Shown here piece after piece: positions 53,560 to 64,000 of a DNA stretch of 64,000 bases. The first letter of the stretch is position 1. Each line of letters begins with the position of its first letter. The stretch lies in NCBI GenBank assembly GCA_964016885.1, contig OZ024747.1:33480001-33544000 (forward strand), given 5' to 3'. The position numbers and the translations under genes are program-made. This stretch comes from Eledone cirrhosa (taxonomy: Eukaryota). The notes under the pieces were generated by a model, which made no database searches, was not told the origin of the DNA, and saw only the letters and a list, made by a program, of their open reading frames with translations.

Positions 53560-54367
53560 AATGCTCTGCCTCCTTCACTGTATTTGCCACCAAAACCATG
53601 GCATCGGCAAATTCACCATCTGATACCTTTTTCGCCTTAACTCTCCTGCTCTGAGCCGGTGCTACAGTAAATCCAAAGTAAATCCTCTGCCTCCTTCACT
53701 CTATTTGTCACCAGTTTTTGGACAAATACAGTTGAGAATGTTGAGAAGACAGAGGGGATCACTAATGTAGGCGGGAAGCCACTAGAATTGGTTGAGGACT
53801 TCCTGTATTTGGGAGCAAAGATTGGGAATACGGAAGATGATGTGGTTGAGAGGAAGAGCAAAGTCTGGGCGGCGTGCCATAGCTTGAGATCGGTGTGGAA
53901 ATCGGACCTTCGTAAAGACCTAAAAATTCCGCCTCTTCATTGCTGTAGTGGAGTCTGTGCTGCTGTACGGGTCTGAGACTTGGACACTGACCAAGAAACT
54001 CACTCAGATGGTGGATGGGTGCTACACGAGAATGTTGAGGATGGCTCGGAACATTAATCAGTATACACTGAGGCTGAAAAACTCAGAGCTGTATGGGAGC
54101 CTCCCAAAAGTCAGCTCAAAAGTGACACAGAGGAGACTGAGGTTAGCTGGACATGTTCACCGACATCCAGAGTTGACATTGCACTCAGTGCTCCTGTGGG
54201 AGCCCCTACATAGACATACTGGAAGAGGAAGTCCAAGGTTAACGTATGTTGATGCCCTAAGGACAGACACTGGTCTGTTGGAGAGGCAGGACATGGCAGC
54301 GATAATGAGGGACAGAGACCGCTGGAGAGAACTCGTCCATGGATCTCGGGAATTTTACCCGCTCTAG
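53555..54367 (+). mobile_element. RTE LINE 3' part with an inverted 5' segment
   Basis: + strand VEDFLYLG...LLYGSETW...RRLRLAGH...GRG; minus strand 53560-53716 encodes ...VSDGEFADAMVLVANTVKEAE (RT FADD region). Confidence 0.85.
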
Positions 54368-54380
54368 AAATATATATATA

Positions 54381-54582
54381 TACAAGATTAGGCTGAAAAG
54401 TTAATAGGCTGACTATGAAGGAGTGATACTAGAGCTTTGAAATCTTGCATGTATTCATTTCAACTCTTCTTATTAATAACTGCATTGTTTCTTTCCGGGT
54501 ATTATGTTGAAAAATAAACCTCATTTGATCATTCCAGGAGAGTATCTTTGTCAGCCTAAGAACTTTCGAGCCGACGCTTGTA
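54381..54582. mobile_element. Mariner-derived MITE
   Basis: TIRs tacaag.ttaggctgaaaagtt..taggctgac / gtcagcctaagaacttt.gagccgacgcttgta; TA flanks. Confidence 0.7.
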
Positions 54583-56590
54583 TCCATGCATGTTCAAATG
54601 TCTTCATGTATTCATACAAATACCAAACTACGTTTGTGTGTATAGGTATACATCTGCATATAGTGGGCAGACCTGCAGTTGTCTGCCATTTGCTGACTTT
54701 GCCAGGCTTTGTATAATTAAGCAGCAGTCTACATGATGTGAGGGGATGTGGCAAATGGTAGGCGTAAGGAGGGGAGGAGTTTAATAGAGCATGTTGTTTG
54801 TTAGTGTGATGGGGCACAGGGGTAAAATACTAAAAAAATATGCCAGAAATCCTAATTAAATAAAATTGAATCAAATAGCAGATATTGGCCTAAAGAGAAA
54901 TGAATATCATTGAAAGTTGAAGAGATATTTTTTTAATCCCATAACTCCCGAGAGAGTTGTTGCAGTGCTGTATTGACATACAGGATTTCTAGGGCATTTT
55001 TACACCTGGTGTACCCCATCTCCTCTCCAGGCCTGAAAATAGCAGATTTCTTTCAGAGAAAGATAGAGAGTGAGAGAATGGAACCGAGAAAGAGATATAG
55101 AGGAAGAAGTGACTCCAGTTACATACTGGTATATATTTTACCAGCCTAGAATGGATGAAAACCAAAGTTGACCTCGGTGGGATATGAACTGAGAGAGAGC
55201 AGAGAGCTGCAACAAATACCATAAAGCATTCTAATCGATATTCTAATGTAGAAGAGATATTATTTAAACTTATTAATACAATGCAGTAGAAAGACATTAC
55301 AATAATAATAATAATAATAATGATAATAATGATGCTGATGTCGATGGTTTAATTAATTACATAAGTTGAATCTGTTTGCGACTAGTTCTATGAATTAGAC
55401 ACAAACTCAAAACTCATGAGTTTTAGATTTGTAGCTTTAACACCTGGGACATTATACATAGAAAATTAGAAGTTAATACGAATTCGACATATAACCATTA
55501 TTATGCTGTCTGCTATGTTATTGAAAAAGATAACATTTTCTTGCATTTGCTAAGCCGTTTCAATGGAATGACTGAAGATACTACTATGGCAATTCTAAAT
55601 CTTGCAAGCTGTTGAACATGGGAAGTGAATACTAAAATAGCCCTTTCTTTAATGTTGATGCTAAATGATCCTTATAGAGATAATAAAGCTGTTAAACCTA
55701 GTGAAGAAGGAAGCCAAACCAAAAATGGCCAGGATTTTCAATATCGAATATTAGCAGTAAAATCAATCGATATAAAAGACTTTCTCGCATAAAGAATCGA
55801 CAAAATTATGGATAATATGCTTCACAAAATACTATTTAGGTTTGCTTCATGAAAAGCTTTGATACTGAACATTTAGCTAGTAGTCAATGTTCTGTTCATG
55901 GGTTCATAGGAATTGATGAAGGAAAATGTCTTTGATTTCTCCCCAAACCTTCATTGGTTAGGTCAAGCTTAAATGCAATGCATCTTGCCTAGGAAATAAT
56001 ATAGTCTGATTTAAATAAGCTCCTAAGTGTTTATTTAACTTTCAATTAACTATGTAACTGATATATAATAGCTGAGTGAGAAATGTGCTAGTAGACACTT
56101 AACAGAAATATAAAGAATTCAAATCATCTGACAGAATTAATGTTATAAACAATATTTTGCAAATAATGAAGGAAACTGAAACACACATCGAAGAAAGTGA
56201 CAAGCTGCAGCTTCTAGAGAGAATCAAACTCAGTCTTGAACACTGGCTGAGTGAGTTATTTGAGAGATACAAAGTTAGATTCTCTCAAATGGTTTCTGAA
56301 CACTTTTTTTCCTGTCTCTAAGGGTATTTTCTCCAGTTTTTTAAAGTTATTATTTATAGAGTCTGATGCTATGCTTTGCAGCAAAGAGTTACGGTCCTTT
56401 ATGGTCTGAGTTCAAATGCTGCCGGGGTTAACTTTGCCTTTCATACTTACGGGGTCGATAAAATAAAGCACCAGTAATATATAGTTATGGCTACCTCTGT
56501 GTAGTGGGGGAGCTGCTTCAATACAGGCCTCTCATTGGGCGCTAGGACAACATTGAGAAATTTTGCTAAATAAGCTATCTTCCAATAGAT

Positions 56591-57490
56591 TCATCATCAT
56601 CATCATCACCGTTTTACGTCCGTTCTTCCACGCTGGCATTGGTTAGACGGGTTGTCCTGTTGTGGGCAGTGTCTGGTCGGCTGACCATGCCTTGCTCATA
56701 CAGGAACTGATTTGGCTTGATTACTACAGCTGGATGCCCTTCCTAAAACCAACCTCATTTACAGTGAGTGCTGGGTGCTTTTTCGTGGCGCCTACACGTC
56801 CACTTTACAGTGTGGGCTGGGTGCTTTTTTGCCGTGGCACCTCCACGACCCCCTTGCGGTGGGGGTGGGGGTGGGGGCATATTGTCTATATGCTTCAGCT
56901 TGTACCCATGGGAGGTCGGGTACTCTGTATTACTGCGTGACGGCAGAGGTCACGGTCGTCTGTCATTACCTTTGAGAGGTGTAATTGGGTAAGGTCGGCT
57001 TTTATCACCTCATCCCAGGTCATCTTGGGTCTCCCCACTCCGCGGTTTCCATCGACTTCTAGTGCTCTGCACCTTTTATGCGGCTGTCATTCTTCATACG
57101 CATCATGTGTCCATACCAGCGCAACCGCCTCTCCTGCACACAGCATTTGATTCCGCCTATGCTCAGTCTCTCTCTCAATTCATTTATGCTTTGTCGTTCA
57201 CGTATATTACTGTTACACATCCATCGGAGCATGGAGGCTTCATTTCTCTCTAATCTACGTAAATCTTCCATCTTCAGCGCCCAGGTCTCCCTACCATGCA
57301 ACATCGCTGTTCGGATACACGCATCATACAGTCTGCCTTTCATTCTGAGGGAGAAACCTTTTGCAGCTAGCAGTGGTAGTAGTTCCCTAAACTTCTTCCA
57401 TCCCGTTCTTACCCTAGTTATTGTACTTTCTGAACACCCACCTCCGCTGCTAATTCGGTCACCTAGGTAGCAGAAGCTGTCTACTGTATT
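56591..57490 (-). mobile_element. RTE (BovB-like) LINE 3' fragment with 3' UTR and (GAT)n tail
   Basis: DSFCYLGD..., GRLYDACIRTAMLHGRETW, ERRLRWYGHMMR. Confidence 0.88.
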
Positions 57491-57529
57491 ATTTTCCTTG
57501 ACCTTTTATCTATGGATATCTTGCTTACC

Positions 57530-57618
<89 letters not shown>

Positions 57619-57748
57619 CATATATATATATATATATAGAGAGAGAGAAAATTGAGGTTGGTAATGGCACATGGAATATATAAGAAACAGAATACTTTTT
57701 TGTGAAAAAACATAATTTTATAAGGTAAGGAAATAATAAAGGGTATAA

Positions 57749-57796
57749 AAAATGACCGGTTTCGATGGGTCTGCAAAAGCCATCTTTTCAAATGTT
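57749..57796 (-). ncRNA. Hammerhead ribozyme, U3-A8 variant
   Basis: Reverse complement of 59561-59608. Confidence 0.68.
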
Positions 57797-58269
57797 GATT
57801 AATATTAAGAAAAATTAGTAATACGAAGAGTTAAAATTTGAGACTTGAAAATTCAAGTATAAAATTCATTGTGGGATTTCATAGCAGTTTTCATCTAGGT
57901 AGCAACAACAGGTTGACTGCTGTGTCCCTTTCTGGTAGTGAATGAGAAGTTATTTGGGGTGTGGGTTATTTTATAAAGATTTAGCAATCAATTTTATAAG
58001 ATTTAGCAATCACCAACTGGCCAGCTGCTGGTCAGTGAGGGGTTGGAAGCAGTATACATACACATATCTTCCTGTGATGGGTAGGAGAGTGGAGCGTGAT
58101 AGAAAGGGATTTAGTGCACTTACACCTATATATACACACATACCTTCATCCACACATACATACATATACATATACATATATATATATACATATATATACA
58201 TATACACACATACATACACACACGCATACATATACATACACACATACACACACACACATATATACACAT

Positions 58270-58320
<51 letters not shown>

Positions 58321-58369
58321 CACACACACATATATATACATACACATACATCCAGATACACACATACAT

Positions 58370-58453
<84 letters not shown>

Positions 58454-58928
58454 CCACACATACATACACACACATATATATATACACACACACACACACA
58501 TATATATATACATACACACATACAAACATACACACACCCACACATATATATACACACATACACACACATATATATACACACACACACAGAATGACTTCTA
58601 TTTTAATTTCACTGCCCCAACTTCTTATATTATGGAAAAAATATATGTGTCTGTATGTATATATATATATATATATTTGAAGGCCATTTCTCTGTGTGTG
58701 GGTGTATGTATGTGTATATGTGTGTGTGTGTGTATGTGTGTGCATGTGGATGTATGTATTGTGTGTGCGTGTGTGTGTGTGTGTGTGTATGTATGTGGGT
58801 ATCTGGATGTATGCGTATGTGTATATATATATATATATGCGTGTGTGTGTGTATGTTTGTATGTGTGTATGTATATATATATGTGTGTGTGTGTGTGTAT
58901 ATATATATGTGTGTGTATGTATGTGTGG

Positions 58929-58968
<40 letters not shown>

Positions 58969-59055
58969 GTGTGTATATATATATATGTGTGTGTCTGTGT
59001 GTGTATGTATGTGTGTATCTGGATGTATGTGTATGTATATATATATGTGTGTGTG

Positions 59056-59104
<49 letters not shown>

Positions 59105-59560
59105 ATGTGTATATATGTGTGTGTGTGTATGTGTGTATGTATATGTATGTGTGTGTGTATGTATGTGTGTATATGTATATATATGTATATATATATATGT
59201 ATATGTATATGTATGTATGTGTGGATGAAGGTATGTGTGTATATATAGGTGTAAGTGCACTAAATCCCTTTCTATCACGCTCCACTCTCCTACCCATCAC
59301 AGGAAGATATGTGTATGTATATTGCTTCCAACCCCTCACTGACCAGCAGCTGGCCAGTTGGTGATTGCTAAATCTGACCTTTATAAAATAACCCACACCC
59401 CAAATAACTTCTCATTCTCTACCAGAAAGGGACACAGCAGTCAACCTGTTGTTGCTACCTAGATGAAAACTGCTATGAAATCCCACAATGAATTTTATAC
59501 TTGAATTTTCAAGTCTCAAATTTTAACTCTTCGTATTATTAATTTTTCTTAATATTAATC

Positions 59561-59608
59561 AACATTTGAAAAGATGGCTTTTGCAGACCCATCGAAACCG
59601 GTCATTTT
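59561..59608 (+). ncRNA. Hammerhead ribozyme, U3-A8 variant
   Basis: aacat-TTGAAAA-gatgg-cttttgcagac-ccatc-GAAA-ccgg-TC-atttt. Confidence 0.7.
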
Positions 59609-59744
59609 TTATACCCTTTATTATTTCCTTACCTTATAAAATTATGTTTTTTCACAAAAAAGTATTCTGTCTCTTATATATTCCATGTGCCATTACCAAC
59701 CTCAATTTTCTCTATAACCTTCGTTTTGTGTAGAAAATTACACT

Positions 59745-59787
<43 letters not shown>

Positions 59788-59788
<1 letters not shown>

Positions 59789-60702
59789 GAGGTGTGTCAG
59801 AAAAGTTCCAGGACTGGTGTCAGAAAAGTTCCAGGATTGGTGTCACAAAAGATTTATTTCAAACCCAAACTTCACACTAAGAGTTTTCCCCTTCAAAGTA
59901 ATCCCGCTGGAGTATGTAACTGTAATCTTAGCTCTCTGCAGCGATCAAACTTTTTTCTTCATAATTTTATATACATGTCCTCTGTTTCAGGTCTTCAATC
60001 AATGAGCACAGAGCAATGAACAAACTTGAAAACTCCGTCAGAAGCACTGGGATTGCTGCAGCAAGCGTATAGAGATGAGACGATGTCACGTTCACGTGTT
60101 TTGAGTGGTGCAAGAAGTTTAAAGAAGGACGCGAGAACGTGGAAGATGACCCCATGAGCGGAAGGCCCTCAACAACCAGGAATGAGGTCAACGTTGAGCG
60201 CGTCAGGCAGATGGTGCGTAGCAATCGTCGGCTGACTGTTCGACTGATGGCAAATGAGCTGGGCATGAATCGGGACAGCGTCTGGAAGATTCCCATTGAA
60301 GATTTGGATACGCGGAAAGTCAGCGCGAGGATGGTGCCATAAATGCTTAACGATGATCAGAAGGGTCGGCGCATGCAAGTGTGCCAGGACATCCTCGAGC
60401 GTCTTGAAATCGAACCAGACTTGCTAGGGACAGTCATCAGCGCTGATGAGTCATGGATCTTCGAGTACGCCCCGGAGGGAACCCGTTTTGAAGATGTGGA
60501 CATCAAAAAGGCCATGACGACGGAACTGCGGTGGATCCCAGAATAATCCTTTCAGGAGTGCATGCAAACGTGGCAGAAAAGGATGGAAAAGTGCATTAGA
60601 CTCCAGGGGGGTTATTTTGAAGGAGAAAACTCTTAGTGTGAAGTTTGGGTTTGAAATAAATCTTTTGTGACATCAGTCCTGGAAATTTTCTGATCCACCT
60701 CG
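59788..60702 (+). mobile_element. Internally deleted mariner transposon with extended TIRs
   Basis: FEWCKKFKEGRENVEDDPMSGRPST, KVSARMVP, ADESWIFEY, GGYFEG; DDD core deleted; ~105-bp TIRs; TA flanks. Confidence 0.92.
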
Positions 60703-60819
60703 TATATATATATATGTAGTAACATGGGCACTGATTATATGCAAATTAGTACGTTCATTTCAGAATAATACTATATATATGTCCATGAAATACATGTTTC
60801 TTTATGTTTGATTGAATGA

Positions 60820-60880
60820 TATATACATCTTCTGATGAGGGCCCAATTAGATCTGAAAATCGATTAAATATGTTTATCAT
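60820..60880 (+). ncRNA. Degenerate hammerhead
   Basis: catctt-CTGATGA-gggcccaattagatct-GAAA-atcgat-TA-aatatg; palindromic stem III AATCGATT, weak stem II. Confidence 0.5.
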
Positions 60881-61041
60881 TTTGTTCTTCGATTTACAGG
60901 GAAATTCCTATTTTCTGGCACGTTTACAAGCTTACATATTAGATATATGTATATATTTATACACATTGGTGCAGTCTCTGTTACACACTGTATTCATAAC
61001 AGTTATAACTTCATCATATATATAAATATATATATATATAT

Positions 61042-61795
61042 ATCATCATCATCATCACCACTGTTTCACGTCCATTCTTCCAAGCTAGCATGGGTTAGAC
61101 AGGTTGTCCTGTTATGTGCAGCGCCCAGTCAGTTGACCTTGTCTTGCTCATACAGGAACTGATTCTGGCTTGGTTTCTACAGCTGAATGCCCTTCCTAAC
61201 ACCAACCTCATTTTCAATGAATGATGGGTGCTTTTTTGTTGTGTCACCTCCACGACCACATTGCAGTGGGAGTGAGTGGAGGCATATTGTCTATATGCTT
61301 CAGCTTTGGCTTGTACCCGTAGGAAGTCGGGTCCTCTGTATTACTGCATGATACCAGAGGTCACGGTCCTGTGAGATGTGCAATTGTGTAAGGTTAGTTT
61401 TTATCACCTCATTCCAGGTCTTCTTGGTCTCCCTACTCCACGCTTCCGTCGAATTTTAGTGCTCTGCAACTTTTTATGCAGCTGCCATCCTTCATACGTA
61501 TCACATGTCCATACCAACGCAATCTTCCCTCCTGCACACAGCATTTGATTCCTCTTATGCTCAGTCTCTCTCTCAATTCGTTTATGATTTGCCATTCGCG
61601 TATATTACTATTACACATCCATCGGAGCATGCAGGCTTCTTATTTTCTAATCCACGCAAGTCTTCTACACACAGCACCCAGGCCTCACTACCATGTAACA
61701 TTGCTGTTCATATACATGCATCATACAGTCTGCTTTTCATTTTCAGGGAAAAGCCTTTTGCATCTGGCAGTGGCAGTAGCTCCCTGTACTTCTTA
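61042..61795 (-). mobile_element. RTE LINE 3' fragment (same family as 56591-57490)
   Basis: MLRWMCNSNIRE...GRLRWYGHVIR; same 3' UTR. Confidence 0.87.
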
Positions 61796-61896
61796 TGTAT
61801 ATGTATATATATTTATATATAAAATGTATTTAAAGGTTAAACTACCATGACTGAATCTTAACCATCTACTATGTCAGGGTATGTCATGCATCATCT

Positions 61897-61963
61897 TATT
61901 TTATCTGATGAGGGTGTACTGTTGACGTTAACTCAGTACCTATGAAATATGTATAATAAAATA
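61897..61963 (+). ncRNA. Type I hammerhead ribozyme, canonical core
   Basis: tattttat-CTGATGA-gggtgtactg...cagtacctat-GAAA-tatgta-TA-ataaaata. Confidence 0.8.
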
Positions 61964-62046
61964 TACTTGATCACAAGAATATCTATTTTGTTAATATTTT
62001 GGATTAATATATATATGCAGGTATCTCCCATCATTAAGGGAACCAC

Positions 62047-62131
62047 AAGTCTGATGAGCTATTGATTCCAGAATTGGGCCTGATTGATATGGATCATTCT
62101 TTGCGCTGATCAATTGTGAAACGCATGTCAC
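62047..62131 (+). ncRNA. Hammerhead with long stem II
   Basis: gt-CTGATGA-gctattgat...atcaattgt-GAAA-cgcatg-TC-ac, followed by AATAAA. Confidence 0.6.
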
Positions 62132-62184
62132 GCCTGAATAAACTTAATGATGATACTCTGATACCTCATTTCTGCGTATTATAT

Positions 62185-62293
62185 AATCCCGCCGAGGTCA
62201 ACTTTGCCTTTCATCCTTACAGGGTCGATAAAATAAAGTACGAGTAATACACTGAGATAATTGCTGGCCTTGTGCCAAAAGTAGAAACAATTA
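62185..62293 (+). mobile_element. 5'-truncated family A SINE
   Basis: Core and tail. Confidence 0.8.
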
Positions 62294-62794
62294 TATATAT
62301 ATATATATATATATAATATTACGGCTCCTTTTGTTGAGCTAATTTTTAATCCCCTATAAACGGCTGTTATTTCTAGCGCCATGAATATGAGATAGCTAGT
62401 GAGCTGGAAAACCCCGTACAAAACCTCGTGCGTTTGCGCTAGTGAACCAGACCTCCTAAATTATTTCGAGGTGAAGCATCCTAATTTTTTCTGGATACCT
62501 GTTGAGAAGCACAGAAAATTGGAATATTTCACTTTTTATACTATCGTTGCGAAACTTATTTGGGGTTTGAAATTCAAATTTATCTGCGGAACAGGTTTGG
62601 ATTTTAAAATTTAAATTTGTCCAGGTATCACGGCTATTTGCCAATATGGGTTTGTTTTTATTTATTTATTATTTTAAATCGAGACAGGCAAACTATATAT
62701 ATTTATTTGAATTAGTTTATTTCATTCTAGCTAACTTCGTCTTTTACAATACAAACACTTATGTGTTTATCATATATTAATTTATATTAACTTG

Positions 62795-62825
<31 letters not shown>

Positions 62826-63282
62826 AGAGAGGGAGAGAGAGAAATGGTTAAGTATGTGGGAGGAACAATAACTAAAAAGCCCCCCCCCCCTTTGCTAAAA
62901 AAGGGGGTTATTTTAAATGATGCCAATCTGTATGAGATCAATGAGATAACATTAATATTGTATTGAGTCAGATAAGCATCATTACAAAAACAAAAACAAA
63001 AAGAAGTGTCTATGTGATTGGTGAAAGATAGATGAAATCATTAATCATCAGAGAAAGAACATTTGAGATAATTAATACTGTGGTACTCCATTTTACATGA
63101 TAAATTTTAATGTGGTTATGGAAAATAAAGTTTTTTCTTAAATCATTGATAAAAAAATATAATGTATAATGCAATACAATTTGATAAATAGATGTGAAAA
63201 TGTGAATTGATAAAGGAATTGATAAACAAAGAAGAATGATAGCAACATTTTAGATAACTCAGACACATATACATATATGTAC

Positions 63283-63470
63283 ATACGAGGGTAGGCTGAA
63301 CATGACTAAGAAGTGATGCTAGAACTGTGAAATCTTGCATATATGTACATATGAGAGTAGGCTGAACTGTTCATAGGCTGAATATGTAGGCGTGATGCTA
63401 AAGGTGTGAAATTTTGAATATATGTATATACGAGGATAGACTGAAAAGTTCACAGACTGACTATGATAAA
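63283..63470 (+). repeat. Three tandem copies of the mariner MITE left end
   Basis: tacgagggtaggctgaa... repeated; matches the left TIR at 54381. Confidence 0.6.
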
Positions 63471-63588
63471 TAAAAATAAATGACAGCAAAATTTTATATA
63501 ACATGCAGTCACACATACATATATGTACATATATCAGAAGACCTGATTCTAATAACTTCTTTTATTGTTGATAATTACACAATACGTA

Positions 63589-63656
<68 letters not shown>

Positions 63657-63803
63657 ATCATCACTGTTTAACATTCATTTTTCCATGGTGGCAGGCTATA
63701 TATGGGCTATACATATGTATATGTTGCAGCTTGTTCCACAGAAATGCAATATGGAAATGCCTTTAAAATTATGATGATCACACACACACATATATATAAA
63801 TAT

Positions 63804-63846
<43 letters not shown>

Positions 63847-63862
63847 TAAAATAACAGATTAA

Positions 63863-63913
63863 AGTTTAAGCAAAGAATCGCTGCTTTCGCCCTTAACGGG
63901 ATCTTCTGAAACT
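63863..63913 (-). ncRNA. Variant hammerhead (CAGAAGA core, CUU site)
   Basis: agttt-CAGAAGA-tccc-gttaa-gggc-GAAA-gca..tgc-TT-aaact. Confidence 0.55.
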
Positions 63914-64000
63914 AACAAAGTCAATCTGTAAACGCAGAACTGGATATTTCAAAAAACGTTGCAACCGGAGGAAGACAGGAAGACGATACTTTGGTTCGTG

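Larger units (their letters stand above)
57644..59713. mobile_element. Large fold-back element (~1-kb arms) with a hammerhead near each end
   Basis: 57644-58598 reverse-complementary to 58679-59713, including the internal microsatellite pattern; (TA)n flanks. Confidence 0.9.

Noticed and set aside
57942-59396. Long 428-aa and 416-aa ORFs
   Set aside because: Translations of (CA)/(TA) microsatellite inside a palindrome; no protein signal

Overview
AT-rich, microsatellite-dense eukaryotic (metazoan) genomic DNA. The repeat types suggest an octopus/coleoid cephalopod, but that is an inference. No host protein-coding exon could be supported; most short ORFs in the track are translations of (TA)n/(CA)n/(GA)n repeats or a 19-bp satellite. 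The window is mainly transposable elements. (1) A young, nearly intact Penelope-like element (PLE; RT plus GIY-YIG, Naiad-like) with direct and inverted pseudo-LTRs carrying hammerhead ribozymes, 2371-7485. (2) A head-to-tail array of four Tx1/L1-group LINEs at (AAT)n tails, 12273-25612, followed by R4/Dong-like fragments. (3) A CRE-like RLE retrotransposon, several RTE and CR1/L2-group fragments, a deleted mariner, mariner and hAT MITEs, and two or more tRNA-derived SINE families. (4) A 3.2-kb 19-bp satellite and a 46-bp minisatellite. The strongest unannotated signal is about 19 type I hammerhead-ribozyme motifs, read by eye. Most lie in non-coding fold-back elements inserted in (TA)n tracts, and two sequence-unrelated fold-backs carry the compensatory U3-A8 core (UUGAAAA). 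All RNA structures were folded by hand and coordinates may be off by a few nt.
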